Of a stretch of 64,000 bases of DNA, positions 45,067-56,600 are shown piece after piece (position 1 is the first letter of the stretch; the number at the start of each line of letters is the position of its first letter). A program made the position numbers and the translations under genes. The stretch is from Salisapilia sapeloensis CBS 127946 (Eukaryota > Protista > Oomycota): positions 74,626 to 138,625 of the forward strand of contig JAADVB010000015.1 in assembly GCA_023334545.1 (NCBI GenBank), read 5' to 3'. The notes under the pieces were generated by a model, which was not told where the DNA came from, did no database searches, and worked only from the letters and a program-made list of their open reading frames with translations.

Positions 45067-46771
45067 TAGGTTCGTTTTGTTCCGTGGAGGGAGTATGGGC
45101 TTGTGTTCAAGCACAGAAAATATCGAATGAGGACAAACTGGCCGGCAGGTTTTGATCTTTTCTTGTTTGGAGAAAAGAGAGAGGAGAAAGGCTTTCAAAC
45201 GGTTTACTCTCGGCTGAAAGGATTTTTCTTTCCGTGTTTTGAAATATATTTCTTTCCTTCTATAAATCTTGCGATCTCTTCTGGAACGGAAGGAGGGTGG
45301 AAGGGTTGAATGGCTACCAACGCGCCGAGCTTTATACCTAGCGGACGCAGGCGAGCTGGTACAACGCCACGAGTACGCGCGGCAGACGTGACGACGGCGT
45401 TTCTCCTTCTTTTTTGCAGTTATGCCCAATCTTGAAACGCCCTCCACCTGCGAGCTAGCTCCGTCTCGTCTTTGGCGACGAGCACTTATCCCACTGTCCT
45501 AGATGGCCCGGTAAGTACGAGGTATGTACCCTCCCGCTTTGCTTCTATGCAGTGTTGGATGCAGAACATCTGAACATCGAGATGGCCACGCTGTCGCACT
45601 TGCACCGCGTTGCCTCTACACTTGACCAGAGGCATTACTAGTGATGACGAAATGACAGAAATTTTCGATAGCAGCGTTGGCCGAATTGCGGCGCCATCAA
45701 GTATCCGATTGCCCGCGTTACTGCCAGCGCGTTCAGACGGGAAGAACTTTTAGACGTCGCCGGTGCACAAGCCCAAGGCTACTAGAAACCAGTCATCGAC
45801 GTGCATTCTAGAGTTTACGAGAGACTCCTGCGAAAAATGCCGAGGGCAGCATAAAAGCCAGAAGCCCGTTACAAGATCGAGTCGAGCCGTTTTGTTCACT
45901 GCAACAGCTCACATTTCCCCTCTTCAAAGATACTTTTTATTCTGTTAGCACATAAAAGCCTTTGTAGATCAGGGCAAATACAAAGATCATGAGAGGTCGC
46001 ATATGAGGTGGCAAAGTAGACAAGCACACAGTGGATGGGAGCCGTTACGCTTTCCGTCGAAATCTTGCACCAAAGCCTCGACATGAAACCGGCATAGACT
46101 TCGACGGAGCTCCTGGAGAGACCACCGCGGTGGCTATCCACCCTTCCCGCGAGCTACAGCCCTCGACTAGGTGGAGAAGTTGCCGAGCAACATGGCATCC
46201 GGAAATGGGCATTTTAGAGCACGGAGTAAATGCTGCGCATACGCAAAGATCCGATGCTAAAACCACTGGCATTTCTATGCGTGAAACTCCGTTCGGTGCC
46301 ATTCCGCACGAGTTCTCATCATTTTCGCATGCTAAATGGGAAGGATAGCAGCATCAGACAGGATCACTGTAGATGAGGCATCATCCGTATCTTGTAAGCA
46401 ATACAGATCTACGCGACCCGTCGGCTCTCGGCCAAGTCAACATGGGTAAATTCACTGGATGCGCTCGTACACAGGGATTGCAATTAGCTAGCGTACAAGT
46501 TGCCACATGAAACGCGCGACTCCGGATCTCTTCCACGCGACATGATGCACTTGCACACGATAAGCGCAGTGACAGCACGTAATAATTTCCACGTAACTAT
46601 CCTTTATAGAGCAGGCCTGTCCGGGTGTAATGAACAAAGAAAAATGGCGTTGTCCATTGTATCTCGCCTTTCCTATCGTGTATCTCTATCCGGCGCTACG
46701 AGAGCATTGAGGGTACACCTCGACTTGACTTCTGTCAACCTTCTTGACGCATGACACTCTTCCATGGCTTT

Positions 46772-48248
46772 CTACATCGTAACTTCGTGACTGCGATCGG
46801 CGGATGAAAACTTGGTCGCACTGGCTACTACTCTCCCTACTTCATCTTGGGAGAAAGCTACTCGAGTCAGCAGTGGGTCTCGCCCAGAGTGGACTGGGAA
46901 TGCTCGAGAAGACAAGAGCTCCAGTAATCTCTCTTTCGCCAACAAGGCCTCGATGAACTTTTGTCTATCTGGAAGCTCCATTCGTTTCGCCTCCCCGTCC
47001 TGCTTGTGGCGCGATGAACTGACGGTCGGCAGCTGAAGTAGAGCTTGTTGCTGAGCGACCTCCTTTCGCACATCTTGGACACATTCCTTGATGAGCTTTT
47101 CCAGTTCTGTTCGATTCTGAATTTCATTCTTGTACGCCACTCTTGCATGCTGCAGACTTCTTCTCTCGGTCTCCAACAGTCGCTTCAAGCGATTGATGAC
47201 ATCCTTGTACCGACCATCTGACTCCTGGTTGATCGGTGCTGTCAGTGGCTTCACTCCAGCCGTCGTCGGTCGAAGAGAGGGCGCGGGTGACGAACGCACG
47301 TCCGGCAAGGAACTCACAGACGCTGACGTCGGCTTGGCGTACACCGAACGGTCCGTCCGACCGTCAGTCGGGTCGTTCTCCAACTGTTCCTGGAGAGCAG
47401 TCAGATCCGACCGAAGGCGTGCATTGTCTTTCTTGGCTGCCACGAGTTGGGTGACGAGGAACTCTCGGTCGTTTTCCTGGCAAGTGTACTGGGTCTTGAG
47501 TCGCTGGTTCTCCTTTGTGAGGCTTTGGTTGAGACGATCTAATCGATCGGCTAGTTCCTTGGTCCACTCCAATTCGGTTTCCAGTTGTTTGGTTTTTTCG
47601 ATCCACGCACTCGCGCCATCGCCACCTTTGCTTTTTTCTGTCTCTAGCTCCTCCTGGACACTGTACAGTCGCGCACGAAAAGCACGCAGGAGGTCTTTTT
47701 CTTGGTCTGCAAATACGTCGACCAGTTACTAGAGGGCAGGGTATCTATAGGGAGTCAAGCGCACCTTGAAGGATGATACTAGTTCGGTCTTGAACCTGAC
47801 CCACATTTTCCAGTATTCGATGATGCATCGTCCGTAGCTGATCCATCGTGCTGTCGATGGATGAGACCTGATAACGAGATGGCTTGCCGTCACTGATCTG
47901 TCTTTGCAACTCATCGATTCGAATCCGATATTGGCGTTCTCTTCGAACATAACTTTCTTGCCTTCTATTCAATTCGCTCTTTAGGTTCTCTATCGTCTCC
48001 CTTGGGTTTTGTAGATCGCCAATGGAAGCCCTAGTGTCATCATCTGGAAGAGTATTCGTGATACCGTTCTGCTCAGAGACGGAGGAGAGACGGAGGATCT
48101 TGTTGCGAAATTTACCATTCGATTCGTCCGGTCCTGACTAGATCGTTCGAAGAAAGGAAGCATAAATACGTATGGGTTTGCCTGAACGCCGGAAGAATGG
48201 TAGAGGTACCTTACGCGTAGGAGGATTCTTCGGCGACGACGTGCTCAT
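46772..48248 (-). CDS. Coiled-coil protein, possibly ciliary or basal-body, multi-exon
   Basis: Exons read MSTSSPKNPP..., LNRRQESYVRRERQY..., DQEKDLLRAFRARLY... and continue into ORF 46772-47572. Long heptad runs. The ciliary role is inference. Confidence 0.75.
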
Positions 48249-48555
48249 GACGTACGAATCCGTCCGCACGCGTTTTCCGGCAGTCCTTGAATTCACTTTG
48301 TCGTATAAATAGCTCTCCATGCCCTACCGATCGACTAGCGCATCGTCCGTCACGTCGTATCTGGACTCGCATAGAGCAGATCTTGGACCGTATCAGCGGT
48401 TCTGTACCGATCTGTCAAAAGATCTTGGGCGACATGCCTGCGTCCGTCCAAGATCTCAAACTTCAAGCAACTCTGAAAAAAGCAAAACCTTCTACCAAAG
48501 ACGCGGCGGATCCATTCGAGGGACTTGCGATAGCCACTGCCGACGACAGCGCTGT

Positions 48556-50880
48556 ATGATGCCGATGCAAGCCAATGAAAAGACGGCTCTCTTGGACGAC
48601 GCCAATGACCAAGATGACCAAAGCCCGGAGATGGACCCGGAGCACGGGCAGGCGACGCCACACTCGGCGTCTGCAATAGCGTGGCGACTGACTCGTACGC
48701 TCCTCATCCTCGCCGGATGTGGACTCGCTATCGCCTTGATCGTCTTTCTTGTCCAGCTCGGAGCAAGTGACGTTGCACGGGACAGCGCGCCTTCCGCAAC
48801 TGCCCTCGATGATGACGTGGTAGGCTTGCGCTCAGCTTTTTCCACCGACAAGCCTAATTAACATGATCACTTTCTAGTACGACGCAATTATCGTTGGCGG
48901 TGGACCTGCCGGCTCTGTCATTGCCAAATTGTTATCAGACGATCCGAGCCGACGAGTACTGCTCATCGAGGCTGGCAATGCATCTCAAGCGGATGTTGGC
49001 GGAGAGGTAGAGAAACTGCTTCTGCGAGTATAGATCCATACATTCGGCTGACGTATTTTTTCAGGCAAAAATCGACGCAGAACACAGTGACATGACAGCC
49101 TTTGACGTTCCCTTTTACTGGACGAACGTCGCCAACACCCCGGATCTTCACTGGGACTACCCTGACGTCCATGTTGCCAAGGCCCTAGGCGGGTGCGGTA
49201 TTCATAACGCTATGCTTTATGGTATATCCCGTTACCAGTCGTACGCTTGGTAAATCTGACCTTGCCTTCGTAGTTCGAGCGCTTCCATCGGACCTTGAAA
49301 AGTGGAATTTGCCCAGATGGACATGGGAAAAGGCCCTGGAGTTGTACTTGGCCATGGAGGAGTTCCAAGGTCCGCCATCGTCGTATCACGGATCGAACGG
49401 GGTGATCCGGACGATGCCTCCGCCACCACCGCAACCCTTCGAATTGGCTCAGCAGTTCGTGGATGTATGTGAGGATGTCGGCATCCCTAGAACCTCCGAC
49501 TTTAATTCTCCATACGGTCGCTTTGGCGCAGGATTCTACCATTTTAACATTCGAGATGGCGTTCGAGATAGTGCTGCTCGCACATTTCTTGGCCCCGTCT
49601 TGCGTCAAGGCCGAGAAAACTTTAAGCTGTTGCTCCATACCCAAGTGACCGTACATACTCTCTTCGTATAGCTACTGATGCACCGATATCTAATACACTT
49701 TTATGTCTTAGAAAGTTCACCTGGATGAAGGAAGAAGTGCTACTGGAGTGGAAGTGGAGGACTTGGTGACCAAGGTCCGGCGCACTATTCGTTTGTCACA
49801 AAAGGGAGAAGTGATTTTGACAGCCGGAGCCATCAACACCCCAAAGATCCTTATGTTGTCAGGTATTGGTGACGCAGCCATCCTCTCTCCTCTCAACATC
49901 CCAGTGAAGAAGCATCTGCCTCGCGTTGGCAAGAATCTGCAGGACCACCCTTCTATCGGTGTAGCTTTTGAGGACTTGTCGCCTACGAGCATGAACCTGG
50001 AGGCTGAGTTGAAAAAATTCTTTGGCGCGAGAAAGAATGCATCCAACGCCTCTAGCTTTGGTATTCTGGGGACGACTGGCATCTCTGCTGGGGCTTTCCT
50101 CATTCCTCCCGGCTCCACCGTCCCAGAAGTACAGCTGACTCTCTTTCCGAGTCAGTCGGAGCCTCACATCACAAAGAGTGACTCGTTGGATCACAACGAC
50201 GGCGTCTTGTTCACTGTCACCATTCTCCATCCAGAGGCTAGAAACACTCTGTTTTTGGCCGCAAAAGATGGCAACGTGCCTGCAAACGAGTCCATCGACG
50301 CGAACAATGCAATTCCAGACATTGTAGGAGAAGTCCCCATGTATAAGTCAGAAGAGTACCTGTCCGGCACTGATGTCTGGAAGCTGTCATGGGGCGTATC
50401 TATCGTGCGGGAGATTGCTGCTAAGCTCCGTACGTTTCATGTAGCTACTTGAGAAACGAGCAGATCTGACGGATGTGCATAGAGGAGAAGCATTTTATTG
50501 GAAAGGAGCTTTCTCCAGGAGCAGAGTACGCGACAGAGCAAGGTAAGATATCAAGTACAATGAACTCGAGTCTCTGGAACTAACTCTGTCGAACAGACTT
50601 GAACAAGTGGGTGTACGAGGCCACGTTCCGGAACTCCCACTGGGTCGGCAGTGCATCCATGGCGGCGTCGGAGGAAGAGGGGGTGGTCGACAATCACCTG
50701 CGTGTCTTTGGCGTGCACAAGTTGCGTGTGGCAGACGCTTCTGTCATCCCACTGATACCGAACGGGAACGTCCACTCGTCCGTGCTCATGGTCGCTGCCC
50801 ACGCGGCAGAGCTTATCGTGGAGGATGAGACGGGTCAAGCTCCGGACGCTCAGCAGGCAAACAACGACGCCAGAGTCTAG
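48556..50880 (+). CDS. GMC-family FAD oxidoreductase with an N-terminal signal-anchor, multi-exon
   Basis: [14 protein letters not shown]...[51 protein letters not shown] and [10 protein letters not shown]. Confidence 0.92.
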
Positions 50881-51095
50881 TGCGAGGTAATCAGAAGTAA
50901 TCCAGAGCTAAATTGAAGATTGGTTGAAGCTTGATACGGAGTTTGAAGTCATAGTGAAGTGCCGACCAGAACGCTGGAAGGTTGAAACGGAGGAAGGCAG
51001 TACACGAGTAAAAATAAGTGCTCGCTTTCCTCGTTAAAGCGTATCAGCTCCTTCATTTGCACTGCTCTAATCTTACCACTCGTGCGCATAACAAG

Positions 51096-53519
51096 ATGAG
51101 AATGTACGGAAAGACGCCAACAAGGAGGGCGGAGGTCTCTGTCAGTGACGATCAGTTGCTTCAATACGAGCGTATGCTTCGAGAGTCTAAAGCTTTCTTC
51201 AAAGCACGTGACTTAGCCTCTGATGAGGACGTGCCTCTCTATTTCGCCTGGCAGCGGCTTTACATTAGTGCTCAAGCACGAGCCAATGGTGACTGGACTG
51301 AGGAAACGCCGACAGAGTTCGGAGTGCGTAAGAGTGCTCGGCTACCTCCACGGTCTGGGAATCTACCTGCGCATTGGGAACTACGAAGCTACCCTGAATC
51401 ACAAGAGAATACCAATCCGGTACTCTGGAAGAAAAGTTATGATACATTCGAGCACCCGAATAAAGTGACAAGGGGCAGTGCCATCGTCGATGATATCTTC
51501 ACATCAGGGACTCGCACAGGTAAGTCGAGAAAAAGCAAGAATGGTGCTGCCAAGCCTGGGGCTCGCATCCAGGCTCTTCTAGGTCAACTCGAAAGGGAAC
51601 TCCAAGAGGATGTATATGAGGAGTCAGCTCATGCCGAAGACGAGAGTACTGTGCGTAAAGAGCCATCTCCTAACGATGTCCGCCGTGTGTTGCAGCGAAC
51701 AACCTCCAGATTGACAAGGCATCTCGATAGTCACTCCAGTGATGATAAGGAAGATAACGATTCGGTTGCCGACCGTACAGGAAACAGATTTAAAATCGGT
51801 CAGCGTGAAAAGGAGGACAGCACCTCTGATAAAATGGCTCAGATCTCAACTGGTCTCCACGAGGCTTTCAACTCGGCATCACAAGGAAATGCTGTTGCTG
51901 TGTACCCAATAGTTCTGAGTGCTGAATTGGACACAAGGTCAGTGGGACCGGGTTCAGACATGAAGAACGAATCTAGCATTGAGAGTAAGATTTTGAGCAG
52001 CCAACATTTGGTACTCAGTAAAGATCCAAACGTCCGGCAAGCAGACCATTCAGCATTAATAAAAGCGTCTGAACCATCGCCTTTGGAAACCTACGTCAAA
52101 CATGGTAATTTAAGAAGCAATCGAAGTGAGAGCACGAAGAGTGCTGAAGCTGGTTGCAATGCTAGCAATGAAGAAGAACTCAGCGGTCATGCCATCGAAA
52201 GTTGGTTGCGACCAGCTATTAAAGCTGATGCTGAAATTACAAGTAAGCAAGAGACTACTAAGTCTGCTTCGGATAATGCTTTAAAAGATGGCCACGAACA
52301 AGCAATTTCAGTATCCAGGCATTCAAGCCAATCTTCTCAAATTGACATCAGCGATAAAGATGGTGAAGAAAACTTTGAAAGCAAGGGTATTGACGATCAT
52401 TCGAAAAATTGGAGCGTCGACAATGAGAAAGAGGTGTGTGTCGAGGCGTCGAAGAAGCTAGTTGCCAATGATGTAATAAATATATCAAGTGGTGAAGAGA
52501 AAAAAAGACTTGAGAGCGTGACGCCGATAAAAAGCAGATCCTCAAGTGAAGGAAGTGGTTTTCATGATACACCTGTCAACGAAGGTATTAGGCAAGCTTA
52601 TGAAGCTCAAGATGATCAAGTTGTTAGAGAAAGCATGGGCAACCATCACGATTTTATGGTGGAAGGAGAGAATGAAGTGACGAACGAAAAAAAGAGTGAG
52701 AATGAGATTATGACTGAGTATTCTGACAGAGAGGAGCAATTTTTTGTGAATGGAAACCCGAGTGGAGGAACTTCACCTGATCAAGGTGAAGGTGGTGCTG
52801 TATTAAAGGAATCCAACTGCGATGAGAACGGAAGATACAATATTAAGCAGCACAGTGACTACGTTCTTGCTGATAACAACAGCTTTACTCCAGAGCTTAA
52901 AGAACCAGTGTCAGCTTCGCAAAAGGTTTTACGCGTTGGTGGTAGTTCCTTACAAGCAGAGGTTCATTCATGGCAAAACTGCCAGTCAGGAAAACAAGGT
53001 GTTTCTCCTCTCCAAGACTGCGCCCAAATTGTACAAGAAGGAATTCTAAGTGACATTCAGGATGATAAAAATTACCTTGCAAGAGTATCATACATGCAGA
53101 CTGACAACCATGATCTGAAATCTACAAAAGCCAGACCTGACCCTCGACATGGGAAATCGCGAAGTCGTCACTCTAAAATGAAGCAGAAAACATCTCTAAA
53201 ATTTGAGAAAGACCATACAGGTATTGCATGGCCTCCCGGGATGAAAAAGCCTGGTAAGAGTTTTGTGAAAGGTGATTTCCATCCGTGCGTCCCTCCTGGA
53301 CTCGAGCATCTTGTCTCGAATGAGGAAATGCATGGTTATTGGCAGTGGCTGTATTGGTATTCCGCTTGGCAAATGTGGTATCTTGGCGAAAAGAAGAGAA
53401 AGAAGGGATCGAAACGAGGGAACCGACAACGTAGCAGGAGAAAGGACGATGAAATTGTAAATGGGCAGGACAAAGAGTTGGACAAAGCAAGAAAGCCAGA
53501 ATGGTGGGTGGCCTTGTAG
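51096..53519 (+). CDS. Hypothetical low-complexity protein (about 807 aa)
   Basis: 2.4-kb ORF, first ATG 51096. Ser/Glu/Lys-rich core flanked by aromatic-rich ends. No family recognised. Confidence 0.75.
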   Translation: MRMYGKTPTRRAEVSVSDDQLLQYERMLRESKAFFKARDLASDEDVPLYFAWQRLYISAQARANGDWTEETPTEFGVRKSARLPPRSGNLPAHWELRSYPESQENTNPVLWKKSYDTFEHPNKVTRGSAIVDDIFTSGTRTGKSRKSKNGAAKPGARIQALLGQLERELQEDVYEESAHAEDESTVRKEPSPNDVRRVLQRTTSRLTRHLDSHSSDDKEDNDSVADRTGNRFKIGQREKEDSTSDKMAQISTGLHEAFNSASQGNAVAVYPIVLSAELDTRSVGPGSDMKNESSIESKILSSQHLVLSKDPNVRQADHSALIKASEPSPLETYVKHGNLRSNRSESTKSAEAGCNASNEEELSGHAIESWLRPAIKADAEITSKQETTKSASDNALKDGHEQAISVSRHSSQSSQIDISDKDGEENFESKGIDDHSKNWSVDNEKEVCVEASKKLVANDVINISSGEEKKRLESVTPIKSRSSSEGSGFHDTPVNEGIRQAYEAQDDQVVRESMGNHHDFMVEGENEVTNEKKSENEIMTEYSDREEQFFVNGNPSGGTSPDQGEGGAVLKESNCDENGRYNIKQHSDYVLADNNSFTPELKEPVSASQKVLRVGGSSLQAEVHSWQNCQSGKQGVSPLQDCAQIVQEGILSDIQDDKNYLARVSYMQTDNHDLKSTKARPDPRHGKSRSRHSKMKQKTSLKFEKDHTGIAWPPGMKKPGKSFVKGDFHPCVPPGLEHLVSNEEMHGYWQWLYWYSAWQMWYLGEKKRKKGSKRGNRQRSRRKDDEIVNGQDKELDKARKPEWWVAL

Positions 53520-53647
53520 TACGATGGTACGATATGCTTTTGAAAGATGCAAGGTTATCTCTATATAAAATGCATTTGTCATCTCAATAATCAAGTCATC
53601 TAGCTTTGGTATATAGTCTGTAATTGATAAGATCACTGTATGTTGAA

Positions 53648-56600
53648 CTACTCAGCCGAATCCACTTCATTTCCCGTCCATGATTTATCATACGATTCCA
53701 AAATGCTCTGGGTATCGGCCATTTCGACCAAGTATGTGTCCATGTTCTTGACGTTCGTAAAGTCTACTTTCTTGTGGAACGTGCACTTAATGTCTGGCAT
53801 ATCCCGAACGATGGAAGCCACGACAGAACTCACAAGCGTATGACCAGGCAGGCTGTTTGTTTCTAGCTCATTTGCAGTTAGTGCGTCATGGCCCCACATG
53901 TCGTAACGTAGCGTAGATGTGCCAATGACGCCACCGATGATGCTTCCAACATGGATTCCAATGCGCATTTGAAGCTTTTCTCCAGTAATTGGATCGCGAA
54001 CCTTTTCAACAACCCGATGCATATCTCTTGCCATACCGAGCAAATCACGGATATGGTTTCGACAGGTCATTTTGCCCTTTTCCTGTAAAGTGTTTCGTCG
54101 AGTGAGACTTTGCCCGCGAAAGGAGGGATCTCGTGTAAATTCGACCTTCCTTCCAGAACTGCTTCCACTAAATGGGTCGTTCTCAGGCTTACCCAATTCG
54201 CTATTCCTGCGCTGAGTCAGTCTCGCGATAGAGCGTATGACACCGGCAGTAGCTCTCAGGTCGAGCTGCTCTTCAACGTCATCAGTAGGAGAGGAAGGCC
54301 GTGTATCATTTAGATCAGCTTCGAGCAAGCTATTTGCGACGGAGCTAGTCCACGGCCTGACTCGACTACTTGTGACACGAGAAGATCGAACGCTACTGCC
54401 TGGGATGGAAGCGGTACTTCCTGAGCCTATCATAGGTGCCGGAAACACTGGAGATTTCATCGTAATGTCGAGATAAGGCAGTCCCGAAGCAATGACATAG
54501 GCATCTCCAATTGTTTGCATCTTAAATACACCATGTTTATCCGTCAGTTTGTCGAAAGCGCTGAATAGTGACGCAAGAATAGACACAACTTCGGCTGTGT
54601 CTGCCTTGGATGCCATGGACGTGAAACCACGAATATCGGAAAACAGAATACCAACTTGGTGATGCTGATCGCAGACAGTTTCACCTTCCTTCAGCCTCAT
54701 CACGACCGCAGCAGGGAGCATACGATAAATAAGCTGATCTGCCGTTTCTGTCTCCAATTTAGTTCGCTTCATTAGCCAGAATTGCCTTCGTTTGAAGAAC
54801 GAAACACTAGAGGTCCCAATGACATTCGTGAGAACCGAGACTGTCAGCAAAAGTAGCGGGTATGGCTGCTTAAAGTTACTGTTGAAGATAGCATAGTCTT
54901 GTGGGTACTCCCGCAACATTACTAGACACGTTGCCGCAGTTGATGCGTAGAGGACTAGATTAGATAAAAGTGCATGGCGATGTAGAAGGGACCCTCCATT
55001 CGATACAACCATAATCATGAGCACTGCATCCAAGCACATGTCCGTATATGCCAATGAAGTGTCTTCATTAGCCATGTAATCTCTCCACCAGAGAAATCCA
55101 GATGAGTAATTACCTGCTAATAGCCCAACGAAGTATAGGACAAGCAACATGTAGGGCAGCTTTCCCTCCCACTTCGTAGCCAACTCTATTTTTAAGCACT
55201 TCCACGTAGGCAGATAGATGCAGATGATGATACCGTACGAGATGAGCAAAGTTGTTCTTCCTAATGCAAGTTCACTTTTGGAGTGAGCACTGGCAGCGTC
55301 AACCACACTATGCTTCACGTAGTCCATAACGATATCTCGAACAATCATGAGCACTGTATAGCACGTCAGTGCCAAAATCGTCTTCCTTGCGCCATCCATT
55401 CTGCCTGCTCGACGCTCTTCCACGAACTCTTCCTCAAGTATCGGATCTTTGAATGTAAGCAAAATTGATTTTGTTTCTTCTTTGACAGTCTCTTCGACAT
55501 CAGTTCCATAACTCTCAATGGAAAATTCAGAAGCTAGATCCGAACGCCGTCCAAAGATCAAAACCTTGACTACAGACCGGAGGGACCATGCCTCTTTCTC
55601 CATATTCTCGACTTTGGAATCTTTGCGACCAGAATCAAATCGACTTGAATGTCTTTCGCTTACATCATGGAACGCAATGTTCTGACATGGTCCTCTGTCT
55701 GTGGTAGAAAGCGATCCCCTTTTCGTTACACTTTCCAATCGGCCAGCACACGCCACATGCGCAATTACAGTCTGAGGTTCGCCAAGCAAGTACACGGTCA
55801 GATGCCCTTTGCCTTTTGCCTCCACCATCCGCTCCTCAAAAGAAAAGTATTTGGCTAGCTTTAAATACGTATCCTTCGAAACTTGGCACCGCCCTGCCAC
55901 TCCTGTCGACTGCATACGTGAAGCTGTATTAACGGTATCTCCAAAGAGTGAAAATTGTTGTTTTTTAAGACCCACAAGTCCGCTAATGACTCGTCCAGAG
56001 TGGACGCCAATTCTAATTTTGACCCCGTTGCTATTCGAAGCTTTGCAAAGAGCGATAGTGTCCAGCATCTCATTAGCAAGAGCTACCACCCGCAACGCTG
56101 CCTCTTTTCCGCTCAGCTCGCCCTGTAAGCCAGCACACGCCATGTACGTTTTACTTACAGTCTCCATTTTCCTCACCCCATGTTTTATGCACATGAGATC
56201 AAACAAAGAGTAGATTCGATCCAAGAGCGACACGACCTCGGTCGGAGTGAACCGGCTGAAGAAGGAGCCGAAGTCTGCGATGTCGCAAAAAAGAATCGTA
56301 ACATCCTTTTCTTCGTCACTGATTAGAGTGTCTCCTTGTTGCATGCGTTTGACGACATGCTCGGGCATCATATTCTTGATAATACGGGTAGACCTTCGTT
56401 GTTCAAACAGGAGGGTCCGATTTTGCAAAAACTCCAAGCGCATGGTATGCTGTAGCGAGTAGCAAGCGGTGGCCGAGTAAGTGATCGTAAACGCGAGATA
56501 CAGCATGAAGAAAAACGAGTCAAGCCAATGATCGATCCGGACATTCGCTATTTCCAGAGGCGTGGAAATTGCTGCTGTTGCACCAAAGAAGAACAGTGCA

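Noticed and set aside
45067-45447. 127-codon open extension upstream of the RWP-RK ATG
   Set aside because: It begins at GTG, is K/R/F-biased because of low-complexity 5' sequence, and shows no domain signal.
9757-50923. GATTGG (reverse CCAAT) hexamers in several upstream gaps (9757, 33195, 39119, 50918)
   Set aside because: Plausible CCAAT boxes, but the count is close to chance expectation for a 6-mer.
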